From: an uncultured virus (IMG/VR IMGVR_UViG_3300028396_000003)
Taxonomy: Duplodnaviria; Heunggongvirae; Uroviricota; Caudoviricetes
IMG/VR virus record: IMGVR_UViG_3300028396_000003
Length of the DNA: 64,000 nucleotides
Strand: one strand, 5' to 3'
Position numbers and translations under genes: made by a program. This document shows, piece by piece, positions 21,089-31,700 of the stretch (the stretch's first letter is position 1; each line of letters begins with the position of its first letter). The notes beneath the pieces were generated by a model that did not search any database, had not been told where the DNA came from, and was given only the letters and a program-made list of their open reading frames with translations.

Positions 21089-22066
21089 TTATGCCTCTAG
21101 TTTTAAAACATTAAGTGTTACTGTATGCGCAACTGATGATCCATGTTTACTTCTTACCTTGACTTGTATGTTTGTAGATGGAGTACTTTCTAAATTATAA
21201 CCAATGGTTGCAGGCCCAATAATAACAGTTTCGGCACCTGCAGTAATTACCTCGGCAATGATACCAGCATCTGTTGCAGGATCTTCTGTTTCGAGTCTAG
21301 AATTATCTGCCGCTCTTGCTGAGTTACTTGTATAAAGTGTTACCCACGCAGCATGGCTTGTTTGAATAGTCATTAATGCGTATGTCTTATGACCAACAAT
21401 ATCAATATCGGTTGAGACACCGTTTGCGATCGCGGCCGTTGTACCGGATACGGCAGCTCGTGTTGATAAACCACCACTGCCTCCTCCACCACCAACTTCG
21501 GAATAATCTGCTAAACGAACCCAAGCACCTGCATGAGCGTAATATGCTTTACCAGTTCCATGTACGTGAGCAAACATGCCATGATAGCTTCCCGCAGCAG
21601 GTAAGTCACCTTCTGACTGATATACGTTACCAAATAAAACTCTATTACCACCCATATCTAAATCTGAGCCAGTAACAACACTTATAACTTCAGTATTTGA
21701 TAAACCGCCACCGCCGCCTGAACCTGAAGCTTGAGGAACCCATTCATAATCAGTTCCTGACCACGCTAATACTTGATCCGCAGCCGCTGAACCTATATTC
21801 AAATGAGAGTCGACATCAGTATTTCCATACCCACTTTGAAACGTTATATTTCCTTCGCCATCAGTTGTAAGAACTTGATTATTTGCACCATCGTTTACAA
21901 AGAATAATAAACTGGTTGGCCTGCCAGTTAATGATGTGTATGCACCGTCAAATGCATCGTCGTATAATTCGGTAAAGTTTTCATTAACTTTAACCATAGC
22001 ATTTCTTAGTGGATCGCCGAGGCCATCGTTTCCAACCAATCCAACGCCAATCGTTTGCTTTGCCAT
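21089..22066 (-). CDS. Baseplate wedge / tail fibre connector, gp9/gp10-like N-terminus
   Basis: MAKQTIGVG..GNDGLGDPLRNAMVKVNENFTELY is the gp9/gp10 N-terminal signature. Confidence 0.7.
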   Translation of the reverse strand: MAKQTIGVGLVGNDGLGDPLRNAMVKVNENFTELYDDAFDGAYTSLTGRPTSLLFFVNDGANNQVLTTDGEGNITFQSGYGNTDVDSHLNIGSAAADQVLAWSGTDYEWVPQASGSGGGGGLSNTEVISVVTGSDLDMGGNRVLFGNVYQSEGDLPAAGSYHGMFAHVHGTGKAYYAHAGAWVRLADYSEVGGGGGSGGLSTRAAVSGTTAAIANGVSTDIDIVGHKTYALMTIQTSHAAWVTLYTSNSARAADNSRLETEDPATDAGIIAEVITAGAETVIIGPATIGYNLESTPSTNIQVKVRSKHGSSVAHTVTLNVLKLEA

Positions 22067-22101
22067 TTATTTGCTCCTAAAAGTCGTGTTTTATCTATTT
22101 A

Positions 22102-24357
22102 TTAAACTGTGTCAACCTTCAAGTTAACCGTGTCTACTGTAATCGTTGTTCTATCTGAACTATACCTTGGAATAGTCGGTGATTGATCTGGTCCGACTAT
22201 TGGATCCCCACCAATTAATGGATCGTTTTTAATTGTTCTACCAAACTTAGCAGTAACACCAACTATTTGTTTCTTTTTATATGAGAATGCTCCAAATATT
22301 CTAGTACCTGCTAAGTGTATATTTTGTTTAAGCGTTTCTTCATATTCTTTAAAGTCAACCGTTGATTTAATTTGATATGAATATTCTTGATAGAAGTCAG
22401 AGTCGTGTACTCTGTTTTGGCTATCGTAATATGTACCGTCTTGCTTGTAACCGTTTACGTGTGATGTTTCACTTCCCCAGAACCCTGCAGTGATACCTTG
22501 AGAGTCTGCGAACAATTGTCCCTTGGCTAATTTTTGTCCTGCTGCGTTAGTAAGGAATACTATTTCTTTGTTTAAATAACCAAAGCCAGAGTTTGTAACT
22601 CTTACTTCAGATATTCTACCAGTAGCAAATTGAGTACGTGAAGTCATTTCAGCATTTGCCCCGTAAACATCGGTGGTGTAATCTCTTTCAGTTGCTATGA
22701 CAGTGTATACCGTTCCTTCGTGGTTAATAGGTGCGGTTCTAAATCCATAATACGCATAAGGTCTAACTTGGATAAATCCTCTGTCTACATTAATGCCTGT
22801 AATAATACCGGATACACTTGTCGATGGTTGTGTGATTGTGTCACCTACCGAAAATGCAGCACTGAATGGACTAACGATTAATCGCTGTTCGTATCTATCA
22901 AACGCAATCATTACCTCATCTCTAACTAATGTAAATACGTCGTTTACATAATCTTCACCTGGGTTAATATTTTCAAATGCATCAATCGTACCAATTTCAA
23001 ATGGCGTTAAATCAAATGCATCCTCTAATGGAGTACTAAGTGTTACAGGATCTGCGGTACCTGACATAGGTTGTGTAGCAGGTGCCACATTGTAATTTGC
23101 TGCGTTAATTGTTACACCAAGGAAAGGTGCAATAGGGTCTGTAATTAAAGCAATGGTTTCGATGTTAGAAAGTGTTTCAACTTTAACATCTGTGTTAGCT
23201 GATGTATCTGGGTACAACGGTCCCGGAGATGTTTCGTTTTTATCTGAAATACTAAAGACTGGTTCTATATCAATGTTTGGAGTTCTATCCAATGTTGAAA
23301 TAGTTCTTCCTATAGCAAAGCTTTCGCCAACATCCATTTTAACACCGACGGCAGAAGAATTCTGTCCAATCACTGTACCCTGATTACCGCCACTATCAAC
23401 TAATCTTTCGAGTGGAGTAAAAGATAAATCTTCGTTATTTAAAATTACAACTTGGTTTGAAACTTCAAGTCTAGTGTTGGCTATCGTATAACCAAAGCCG
23501 CCGTCAGTTAATGTATAATCAACAATACCTGTAAACTCATCTTCAGTATCAGTAACAAGTGCTACACCGCCTACGCCATAATCGCTTTTAATATAAACTT
23601 CGTCACCAATGTTATTACCTGTAGTTCCACCATAGTCAAGGTCTATAGTAATATCAGAAGCTGACCCATTTAATACACCAAAAGATACATCTTTACTATC
23701 TATTCGAGCAACGATATCGTCGTATCTTTTAAACGTACCTTTTAAGTTAGACAGATATAAAATTGGTGTAAGAGTATTATTTAAAAGAACAAAGTTAATC
23801 TTATCAACTGCAGCCTGCGCCTTTGATACGGATCCAATAACCGTTTTACCTAATAAGTCAGAGTATTCGTAATATTTTTCGCCAGACCTATCGTAAAATA
23901 ATCCATTGTTTGGAATCATTTGTAAATAATTACCGGTTTGCCATTTAGAATTTGATGGTTTTAAAACATATTTAGACGGATTAAAAATTTCTACATCTTC
24001 TTGGTAAAACATTCTAAAGAATAAAACAACACTGGCCGATGAACCTTTGCGTCTATATAAATCTAATATATTTTTGACAACTAATCGTACGCTTGTATCT
24101 TCTAATAAAGGTAAATCCGCTAAAAACTTTTTCTGAAAGAATAAGATCATACTCGATAGTGTTGTAGTAATATCGCGATACTCAAATAATCTTCGCGTAT
24201 TATACACGTGCTGATTAGGTGTTGTTTCTAGAAACTTATAATAGTCAGTGACAAGGGAAACAAGCTCATCATTATTCTCTCTGTAAATCGCAGGAAATTG
24301 TTGCGCGATTTTAAAAGATATTTGCTTTTCTACTTCTTTGGTATTGCTAACGGGCAT
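22102..24357 (-). CDS. gp7: Baseplate wedge initiator gp7-like
   Basis: QQFPAIYRE...YYKFLE, LYRRKGS, HDSDFYQEYSYQIKS, HLAGT motifs; directly follows gp6. Confidence 0.7.
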   Translation of the reverse strand: MPVSNTKEVEKQISFKIAQQFPAIYRENNDELVSLVTDYYKFLETTPNQHVYNTRRLFEYRDITTTLSSMILFFQKKFLADLPLLEDTSVRLVVKNILDLYRRKGSSASVVLFFRMFYQEDVEIFNPSKYVLKPSNSKWQTGNYLQMIPNNGLFYDRSGEKYYEYSDLLGKTVIGSVSKAQAAVDKINFVLLNNTLTPILYLSNLKGTFKRYDDIVARIDSKDVSFGVLNGSASDITIDLDYGGTTGNNIGDEVYIKSDYGVGGVALVTDTEDEFTGIVDYTLTDGGFGYTIANTRLEVSNQVVILNNEDLSFTPLERLVDSGGNQGTVIGQNSSAVGVKMDVGESFAIGRTISTLDRTPNIDIEPVFSISDKNETSPGPLYPDTSANTDVKVETLSNIETIALITDPIAPFLGVTINAANYNVAPATQPMSGTADPVTLSTPLEDAFDLTPFEIGTIDAFENINPGEDYVNDVFTLVRDEVMIAFDRYEQRLIVSPFSAAFSVGDTITQPSTSVSGIITGINVDRGFIQVRPYAYYGFRTAPINHEGTVYTVIATERDYTTDVYGANAEMTSRTQFATGRISEVRVTNSGFGYLNKEIVFLTNAAGQKLAKGQLFADSQGITAGFWGSETSHVNGYKQDGTYYDSQNRVHDSDFYQEYSYQIKSTVDFKEYEETLKQNIHLAGTRIFGAFSYKKKQIVGVTAKFGRTIKNDPLIGGDPIVGPDQSPTIPRYSSDRTTITVDTVNLKVDTV

Positions 24358-26149
24358 TTGTTTGTGAACCTGTAAGTTTAATTGTTACATCAGAATTTTT
24401 AATTCCAAATATTCTTCCTGCTGGGGCTTTAATATCGCTTGATACTGTATTGGCCATTATCTTAATACCTGCGCCGATATAGTTGTCAGCAATAAATCCA
24501 ACTAAGTTAACTTCGCCAGTTTGGTAATTGACGCTTCCAACAATTGGTTTGATAACTTTGGGATTTGCAATATCATTAGCAATGACTTGAATATTTCCTC
24601 GGCCGTCGTCTTGTAGATATACATCAGTACCATTAAGAGTATATACACCGCTTTTAATTGCAGGTTTATAATCATTGAACCCGTCCTCTGTATCAAAAGG
24701 ATATGGTTTAACGAGTGCAGCTTCAAACTTAAACGATGTGTTAAGAGCAATACCTAATGCTGGCGAATACTCAATGTAAGGCATAATACTAATCGTTGTA
24801 CCAATGATTGATGTTTCTAACGCGTCAATCGACGTTGTTAATTTAGAAATCCTTGCAAAAGTATTAAAGTCATCTAAGTAAGTATCACTATAGAGTTTAA
24901 TTGCGTCTCTTATTAATATCTCTAAGTCACCTTCAGATTTACTTGTAAGCTTAGGATTATAAGTTACTTCAGCTGTCGTACAACCATATAAGAATTTAGA
25001 TGGAACAAATACTGGCTCAATAGCCAATGGGCTTCTATCTTTTAAGTATTCAATATAAGTATTTGATAGCGTTGTAGATAAGCTTGTTTGGTTTTGTCCA
25101 AGGTATACTGAAATCGCAACTTTACCAAATTGTGGTGGTTCTAAATCTTCGCCACCATATGCAGCAACTGATTGAATTTCAGGGAAGTTTGATTTTAATA
25201 AGATTTCGTAATCAGATGTTGTTACTGCACGTTCTTGGATTTGTAATGATTTAGGAGCAAAGTATCGAATGCTTTCCATTGTTTCACGTTCAGCACCATT
25301 ACTTGCACTCTGTATTGTTTCAACTACCGCTGAGCCGTATGTAGTTGGGAGTGAAAATGCAAACGCACCATTACCTTCAACGCCTGATGTAATTCTATAA
25401 CGTACTCTAATATCTTCAAATTCTTCAGGTTGGAAACCAAATACATTATTACCAAAGTAAATAGTATATCTTCCATCAATATATGGCTCAATATAAAATA
25501 CTTTATCTGTTGGTCCTACACCAAAAATATCATTCTTACGTAGGAATACATTTTCGTTTTCAGTAGCTTCAGCGTCAACGAATACAGAAATAGACTCAGT
25601 GTCTGCGTTTTCGTTTGAAAGTGTTACCCTTAAAATGCCATCGTCGTCAACAAAGAAACCTTCACGTTCAAAGCTAGCTAGCATCTGGCCTTCAAAAATT
25701 TCAACGTTTTCAGCAACGAATGTTTGAGGTGCGGTTTTCTTGGCAACATATGTTTGGTCTGTAACGAACTCAAAATTTTCGCCATTATAAACAGTTGTGA
25801 AAGGCGAGTACTGAGGAATTGTAATCGACTGACCTTCAGCATTCGCATCTGTAATCGTAACCTTAACGATAGCCTTTGCCGATCGTCTAGATCTTGGTAG
25901 ATAGTTTAATTCTTTTGCATGTGAAACAATAGAGTTTCTTAATACGGCAGAGTCAAGGAACATTTCATTAACTGCCATATTTGTATAGAAGTTATTTTGG
26001 TATGTATTGTATGCCAACACGTCAAGCAATACCGACATGTTTGAACCTTCAAAGTTATAATCTTTGAATTGAGTTTGTGATTGTAAGTATTCTTTAAACT
26101 GATTTTTAACCGCGTCAAAATCTAGTTCTGAAATATTTAACTTTGCCAT
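24347..26149 (-). CDS. gp6: Baseplate wedge subunit gp6
   Basis: ELDFDAVK...FKDYNFEGSNMSVLLDVLAYNTY...EMFLDSA, QERAVTTSDY. Confidence 0.92.
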   Translation of the reverse strand: MAKLNISELDFDAVKNQFKEYLQSQTQFKDYNFEGSNMSVLLDVLAYNTYQNNFYTNMAVNEMFLDSAVLRNSIVSHAKELNYLPRSRRSAKAIVKVTITDANAEGQSITIPQYSPFTTVYNGENFEFVTDQTYVAKKTAPQTFVAENVEIFEGQMLASFEREGFFVDDDGILRVTLSNENADTESISVFVDAEATENENVFLRKNDIFGVGPTDKVFYIEPYIDGRYTIYFGNNVFGFQPEEFEDIRVRYRITSGVEGNGAFAFSLPTTYGSAVVETIQSASNGAERETMESIRYFAPKSLQIQERAVTTSDYEILLKSNFPEIQSVAAYGGEDLEPPQFGKVAISVYLGQNQTSLSTTLSNTYIEYLKDRSPLAIEPVFVPSKFLYGCTTAEVTYNPKLTSKSEGDLEILIRDAIKLYSDTYLDDFNTFARISKLTTSIDALETSIIGTTISIMPYIEYSPALGIALNTSFKFEAALVKPYPFDTEDGFNDYKPAIKSGVYTLNGTDVYLQDDGRGNIQVIANDIANPKVIKPIVGSVNYQTGEVNLVGFIADNYIGAGIKIMANTVSSDIKAPAGRIFGIKNSDVTIKLTGSQTNAR

Positions 26150-26150
26150 T

Positions 26151-26567
26151 TTATCTAGTCCTCTCTAGAAATACGTCAACAGATATAGGTTGCTGATTAT
26201 TTGATATGTAAAAATGAACCTGTATCTTTACAACGTTATCATCAATATTTGAAGTTACTAAAACGTCAATGATCTCTGCTCTTGGTTCGTATAAATCGAG
26301 CGTTGTACGTACTTGATCTTCTATCATTACTAACACACCGGGTGTTATATTTTCAAAAAGCATTGCCCGCAAATTACCACCAATTGCTGGCTGCATTAGT
26401 CTTTCGCCACGATCAGTCAATAACAAATTAATTATTGCTTCTTTTACCGCGTCTTCATCTTTGTTTACAGTAAGATCTAATGACAATGGGCTAACTTCAA
26501 GGCTTTTCTTAAAGTCAGAATATATAGAGATCTTCTTTTGTCTCTGTGATAATAAGTTTACGACCAT
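26151..26567 (-). CDS. gp25: Baseplate wedge subunit gp25
   Basis: AVKEAIINLLLTDRGERLMQP, YEPRA, terminal LERTR. Confidence 0.9.
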   Translation of the reverse strand: MVVNLLSQRQKKISIYSDFKKSLEVSPLSLDLTVNKDEDAVKEAIINLLLTDRGERLMQPAIGGNLRAMLFENITPGVLVMIEDQVRTTLDLYEPRAEIIDVLVTSNIDDNVVKIQVHFYISNNQQPISVDVFLERTR

Positions 26568-26592
26568 TTGTCTGTGTCCAATGCTTTACAGT

Positions 26593-26600
26593 TATTTATA
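26593..26600 (-). promoter_or_regulatory. T4-type late promoter TATAAATA
   Basis: Exact consensus upstream of gp25. Confidence 0.8.
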
Positions 26601-26615
26601 TGAAAATGTATCATC

Positions 26616-28289
26616 CTATCGTCTCGAATCTGGCCATGTAGCACAGTATGATCTTAAATCTAAGTGTATAAAACTATTATAATAGCCAACACCATTAAAA
26701 CCTATTCCATTAGCAATATCTCGTATTGGGCTTTCATTGATTTCAGTTGGTGATAAGCACGTTAAATCCCCTCTAGCCTGTCTAACTACTTCTTTAACTT
26801 TGGCGCCATCAATGTGATAACTACTCCAAGAAATGTCAACCGCTAATCCTGAAGTGTGCTGTGAAATTTTTGCAACAGTGCCATCAGATTTTCCACCATT
26901 TCTATCTAACATTCTCTGGTATAATACATCTTGAAATTCTTGTGATCTATAACCACTGTGCAAAATAAATGGTGCACTCATATTTGCAAGTTTGTGAAGT
27001 TGTATTAGTTTAGCTCGAGTTTTTAGCTGTAAGCCTTCCCAACCACCGCGTGTATTAGCAGATGATCCAACTTTAGGTTTAATAATAGGATGCTTTCCAT
27101 CTTTAATTTGATCCCACGTTGGTATTTCACTATATTCTTTATCTAATTCAAATGCATTTCCAGCTACCGTAAACAAATCATCAGCTTCTTCAATCGCCTT
27201 TTTGCGCGTTTCATCATCAAAACGAATACCGCCAGCCTTTACGACTGCGGCTGTAGTAACTCCAGAATTTGCCTTTAACATATCAATACCATTTAAAAAT
27301 GTATCAGCAGTTTTATCTAATGGATCTTTAAGACCTTGGACTAACGTTTCAATACCTGCAGCGAAACCACATATGCGAGATATTAAAAACATAATTTCTT
27401 CAACTGAAGGATTATCAAACAATCCAACTGCGTAATCAATCATACCTTTAATTTTGTTTTCAATCTTTTTAATATTTTCTTCGCTAAAGAAACCCATAAT
27501 ACCTTCTTGCAAATTTACAAGTTTGGATTCAATAGTATTCTTTATAAAAGTTTCAGCTCTTTTAATAACTTCAGCTGGGTTAAAATTTTCAACAGCGCTT
27601 TTAATTTTATTTACAACACCCATAACAGCTTTAGTAACTTTTTCTTTGATTGCATCAATAAGTGCCTTTACTTTAATTGCATCAAATAAAGCTTTTATTG
27701 GATCTTTAATATTTCGTATTTTACTAATAAAACTAAGCGCATCTTGAAGAAGTCCATCTATCTGTCCAATAATACCAAAGAATGCGCCAATAGCTCCAAA
27801 CACGTTTGGCATTGTTCCACAAAATCCACCCATTATAGAAGTAGCAAATCCACCTCTTAAATAATCATCGAGGCTTTGTAAAAACTTAGGTGGATTTTGA
27901 TTTGCTATAAAGTTAGAAGTAATAGGAGTCATACTACTATCAGCAAGAAAAAGCGCATACTCAACAGGGGTTAAAACAACATTACCACCAGCCGCATCAC
28001 TTTTAATTTTAAGTATTTCGTATTTAGGTATTTGTTCTTTAGAAAACTCAGATTGTAATACTGCATTAATTGAAGCAAGATTTGTATAAAAGTCAGGGAA
28101 CTGAGCAACGGCACGAGTTAATGGATCACCTACGACACTGTTAGATATACTATCTTGAAACTCTTTTTCAAAAACTTCTATTTGCGATAACGTAAATTCG
28201 CCATTACCATTTGATGTTGAAGTTGCCGAAGATTGTTCTACGCGTAATTCATCTGGAGTTAAGCAATCTACTGTTGTTTCTATACTCAT
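26616..28289 (-). CDS. Baseplate-region protein with C-terminal peptidase M15 (Zn peptidoglycan peptidase) domain
   Basis: SGYRS...SQHTSGLAVDI...GVGYYNSFIHLDLR matches the M15 SxHxxGxAxD...HxD motifs; long helical N-terminal part. Confidence 0.75.
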   Translation of the reverse strand: MSIETTVDCLTPDELRVEQSSATSTSNGNGEFTLSQIEVFEKEFQDSISNSVVGDPLTRAVAQFPDFYTNLASINAVLQSEFSKEQIPKYEILKIKSDAAGGNVVLTPVEYALFLADSSMTPITSNFIANQNPPKFLQSLDDYLRGGFATSIMGGFCGTMPNVFGAIGAFFGIIGQIDGLLQDALSFISKIRNIKDPIKALFDAIKVKALIDAIKEKVTKAVMGVVNKIKSAVENFNPAEVIKRAETFIKNTIESKLVNLQEGIMGFFSEENIKKIENKIKGMIDYAVGLFDNPSVEEIMFLISRICGFAAGIETLVQGLKDPLDKTADTFLNGIDMLKANSGVTTAAVVKAGGIRFDDETRKKAIEEADDLFTVAGNAFELDKEYSEIPTWDQIKDGKHPIIKPKVGSSANTRGGWEGLQLKTRAKLIQLHKLANMSAPFILHSGYRSQEFQDVLYQRMLDRNGGKSDGTVAKISQHTSGLAVDISWSSYHIDGAKVKEVVRQARGDLTCLSPTEINESPIRDIANGIGFNGVGYYNSFIHLDLRSYCATWPDSRR

Positions 28290-29689
28290 TACCTCGGTCC
28301 TCCATTATTGTCATCACCGGCAGTTAAACCTCCACCGCCAACTGATACCGGATCTTCAGGATTAATTGCGGTTGATTTTGTAACAGGCTCTGGCGCTTCA
28401 ATAGGTGTAGCATCTTTTGAAGGTTCAGCAGGAAACGCGCTTTCTGGAGCAACTGAACTACCATTTGCCATTTCTACATAATCGTCAATATGTACAGTAG
28501 TACCACTTACATGTACGAGGCCATCTGAACCCATACTTAATACACCATCACCTTTAATGTTAAGTGATGCAGTTCCGTTAATACGAGCAGCTTCAGAAAA
28601 TATATCAAGTTCTGATGTAGCTTCCATAAAAGTAAGATCTGATTTTAAATGTAATTCGCTCAATGCTTCCATGTATATTTTGTCAGACTTAATATAAGTA
28701 CCTTGACCAGATTGGAATTGAATTTCTTTACCAGCTTTTATAATAAGAGAACTAACATTCGCTTCAAGTTTTACATCGGCTGCTCTAATTTGAGCTTGTT
28801 CACCAGCAACTAAAGTAGATTGACCACCTACTGAAAGTAAATGATTACCATGAACTAATGTTTGCAAATCACCATCAATTTCTTCAGTCTTGTTACCTTT
28901 GACTTTAACATATGAATTACCATTGATAGTTACTGTACTAAAGCCACCGCCCATTCCACCAACTACTTTATGTTCGTTTCTATCTAATACGTCATACTGA
29001 TCTGACACTGCTTTGTTGACAACAACACCGCGTGAGTCTATTGACATATAAGAACCTTCTTTATGATATATAAGAATTCTTTCATTGTTTGGCGTATCGT
29101 CTAGTTCAATAACATGAGCACCTGACTCAAAAACTCTATTAAAAGGATATTCTGATTGAACTGACGGTGACGGCTCAGTCCAATTTCTTTCAGGATCGCC
29201 ACCCATTTCAACATTTTGAACTCTTGCGCCGTTTTGTGATGAAACAGAAGTCTCGTCCATATATTCAACTCGTGAACGTCGCGAGTTTTGCGGTTGCCCA
29301 AAGTCTTCTGGCGCAGATCCACGAGCAAGTAGCTTAGCAGCTTTTGCTGGAATACTTCCCCACCCGTTTGCCTTTGGATTAATTACTTGTGTATATTGTG
29401 TTGGAATTAATCCAAGCACCATTGGTTGTTGAGCACCTTCGCCGTCAAGGAACATGCCAAATACAAAACTATTTACTGCAGGCATTCCTAAACCGGGTGT
29501 ACCATTTGGATCGTAATCGCCTTTAACAACAACGGCCCAAGGCAAGTCTTCTGTGCGAATATCTGTATTTAAACCGTGAATACCAAACGCACGAACTTTA
29601 ACTCGTCCTTCTTTACGTGGATCTACGTTTTCCTCAATAACACCAACAAAGAATAGTGGGTTTCGTATTCCTTTACCATAATCAAACAT
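28289..29689 (-). CDS. gp5: Baseplate hub/spike gp5 (OB-fold plus beta-helix, no lysozyme domain)
   Basis: FVGVIEENVDPRKEGRVKVRAFGIH...DLPWA, YPFNRVFESGAHVIELDDTPNNERI. Confidence 0.88.
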   Translation of the reverse strand: MFDYGKGIRNPLFFVGVIEENVDPRKEGRVKVRAFGIHGLNTDIRTEDLPWAVVVKGDYDPNGTPGLGMPAVNSFVFGMFLDGEGAQQPMVLGLIPTQYTQVINPKANGWGSIPAKAAKLLARGSAPEDFGQPQNSRRSRVEYMDETSVSSQNGARVQNVEMGGDPERNWTEPSPSVQSEYPFNRVFESGAHVIELDDTPNNERILIYHKEGSYMSIDSRGVVVNKAVSDQYDVLDRNEHKVVGGMGGGFSTVTINGNSYVKVKGNKTEEIDGDLQTLVHGNHLLSVGGQSTLVAGEQAQIRAADVKLEANVSSLIIKAGKEIQFQSGQGTYIKSDKIYMEALSELHLKSDLTFMEATSELDIFSEAARINGTASLNIKGDGVLSMGSDGLVHVSGTTVHIDDYVEMANGSSVAPESAFPAEPSKDATPIEAPEPVTKSTAINPEDPVSVGGGGLTAGDDNNGGPR

Positions 29690-31064
29690 TTATATCACCT
29701 TTACTCCAACCAAACTTTTGCAGTCTTAAACCGCAATGTAAAGTTCCTTTATCATCTCTATTATGGTTTACAGTTTCAACCAAGTACTTCCCAGACATTG
29801 TTGTATTTTTTTCTAATTTGTCAACTCCATCTAAATTTTTAATATCTAAATTAACTATCATTCCGGGTCTAATATCTAAACGACCTTTCATTTTGGCTGA
29901 TAACAATGTTTTATTTAAATGATGTCTATAAGAAAGTCTGTTAGCAATAATTTGTGGTATAAACCTGTCAGTATGTAAAGCACTTGGTATATCGCCACTT
30001 TGTTGATAATCTTTAAACACTAAAAAGTCTTTGGCATTTTCATCTGTAAATGTATCATCTCTAAAACTTGATGTATGTGTATCGTCTGTTAAGTCACGTG
30101 GTGACCCTGACATATCAATATATTTGGCATTCTTGTCGTATGACCAAATGTTTGTAACTAACTTTCTTCTGACTAAATCAATTTCAGTTGTTTTATTTTT
30201 ATATGCGCCAGAAAGCATATCAGCCGCAGTGTTTAAACCTTTATTAATAATAGTTAACTCATCAATTCTATTAATTTGATCTATAGGCTTTCGTGGGTCG
30301 TTAGAAGAAGCCGGTGAATAAAACAAATCAATTATTTCTTTTCTTTGTGCGGTTTTAATAAAGTATTCGTCTGTGCAAAAATAAAAGTTGTCTACTGTTT
30401 CAAAAAACTTAAACGAACAAGATGGAGTTTCTGGCTGAAAGCTCATGTTTGATAAAAATTGCATAGCCTGCGTTGGAAGATAATTGGGTATAGTACAGTT
30501 AGTCATATTCGTTGTTGGCTGCAAAATAAAATTTCTATTTTCTTCTTCGGTAATTGGCATTACATACGCAGCATATTCTAAAGGACGATTAGTAACAGGA
30601 TCCAAATATTTCTTTCCGCCGAGCGGTCCAAAATACGTATTAAACAATTCGCGAGCAATTTGATCCATAGACTTTTGCTTAAACGCTTTAATAATTCTAC
30701 GTTTGCTAGCTTTATAAGTTAAATTTGAAACGAAATTAATATTAAATAACAGCTTACTGCTTGATTCATCTACTGATATACTATCAATACTATATGTGTG
30801 TGTCTTTAAATTAACTTCTGTATTAAAATCATGACCTACAAATTTTAATTCGAGCGTTTCTTCACCACGAATTGGAAAGCTTTCAAACAAACCAATACTA
30901 TCAAGTAAAGTTAGCGAACCGTTGTAGCTAGCACTACTCATCGTTTGACTTAAACTAAAGGACACAATTTGTGCCGTGATGTTTTCTGATTTGCTACCAT
31001 CGTGCGATGTCATTATTGCTTCAACAACATCTGCCGTTCCCGGATTAAATTGTGTATCTGCCAT
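29682..31064 (-). CDS. Baseplate hub protein, gp27-like
   Basis: FPIRGEETL, FKFFET, G.LDIRPG.IVNL, SGKYLVETVNH motifs; lies between gp53 and gp5. Confidence 0.65.
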   Translation of the reverse strand: MADTQFNPGTADVVEAIMTSHDGSKSENITAQIVSFSLSQTMSSASYNGSLTLLDSIGLFESFPIRGEETLELKFVGHDFNTEVNLKTHTYSIDSISVDESSSKLLFNINFVSNLTYKASKRRIIKAFKQKSMDQIARELFNTYFGPLGGKKYLDPVTNRPLEYAAYVMPITEEENRNFILQPTTNMTNCTIPNYLPTQAMQFLSNMSFQPETPSCSFKFFETVDNFYFCTDEYFIKTAQRKEIIDLFYSPASSNDPRKPIDQINRIDELTIINKGLNTAADMLSGAYKNKTTEIDLVRRKLVTNIWSYDKNAKYIDMSGSPRDLTDDTHTSSFRDDTFTDENAKDFLVFKDYQQSGDIPSALHTDRFIPQIIANRLSYRHHLNKTLLSAKMKGRLDIRPGMIVNLDIKNLDGVDKLEKNTTMSGKYLVETVNHNRDDKGTLHCGLRLQKFGWSKGDINV

Positions 31065-31321
31065 TATTTGCTACGCATTTTCTTTCTAAACGAATCGGTA
31101 ACTTGTGGTAAATAAGCGTTATCCACCAAAAAGATTTCTTTTTTATTATTGTTATCGGCTAATTCCTGATCGTAAACTCTCCAAGGTTTCCATTCATCTG
31201 GAATAATACGTTTAATAATAATCTTACGTCCTTGTTCTGTACGTAAAATAATCCGGTCTTCCTTACGTAAATAAATCGTTCGGAATGACTCGGGAGCAAG
31301 TTTAACAATATCAACTGCCAT
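31064..31321 (-). CDS. C-terminal part of baseplate wedge gp53 encoded as a separate ORF
   Basis: YDQELADNNNKKEIFLVDNAYL resembles the gp53 C-terminal YEYExxxNExKRxIxL motif; has its own AGAGG SD. Confidence 0.6.
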   Translation of the reverse strand: MAVDIVKLAPESFRTIYLRKEDRIILRTEQGRKIIIKRIIPDEWKPWRVYDQELADNNNKKEIFLVDNAYLPQVTDSFRKKMRSK

Positions 31322-31325
31322 TTAG

Positions 31326-31700
31326 TTATACCTCTTTATAATAGTATAGGATGTTTTCAGGGTTATCATCCTTCGTCCAATCAACAATATCTTCACCAAC
31401 TAATCCTGAGGCTTCGCCATACTTTGCAATTAAATAATTATTAAAGTCTTGTTCTGATTTAGGCCAATCGTGGTATGGGTCCAGCATAGAATTTGCGAAA
31501 TATACAACCCACGTGTAATCAACACTGCCATAATAAAATTCAGCAATGTCTTCTGGTCTCTCACCTTCTTTAACAGTATATGGTAAATACATTAAAGGAT
31601 TGTTAGAGACTTCTTTTGTAAAGTTAGTACGTCTAGTAATATCTCGTACTAATTTGCCTTCGTATTCTATTAAAGGAAAGTTTTCAAAATATTTTGCCAT
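31326..31700 (-). CDS. gp53: Baseplate wedge gp53 (N-terminal LysM-like part)
   Basis: YFENFP, YTVKEGERPEDIAEFYYGS..YTWVV..AN...DPYHDWP. Confidence 0.85.
   Translation of the reverse strand: MAKYFENFPLIEYEGKLVRDITRRTNFTKEVSNNPLMYLPYTVKEGERPEDIAEFYYGSVDYTWVVYFANSMLDPYHDWPKSEQDFNNYLIAKYGEASGLVGEDIVDWTKDDNPENILYYYKEV

Noticed and set aside
31322..31328. Stop-codon reassignment or readthrough to explain the gp53 split
   Set aside because: The downstream ORF is in a different frame, and TAA, TAG and TGA all terminate conserved genes elsewhere in the window.
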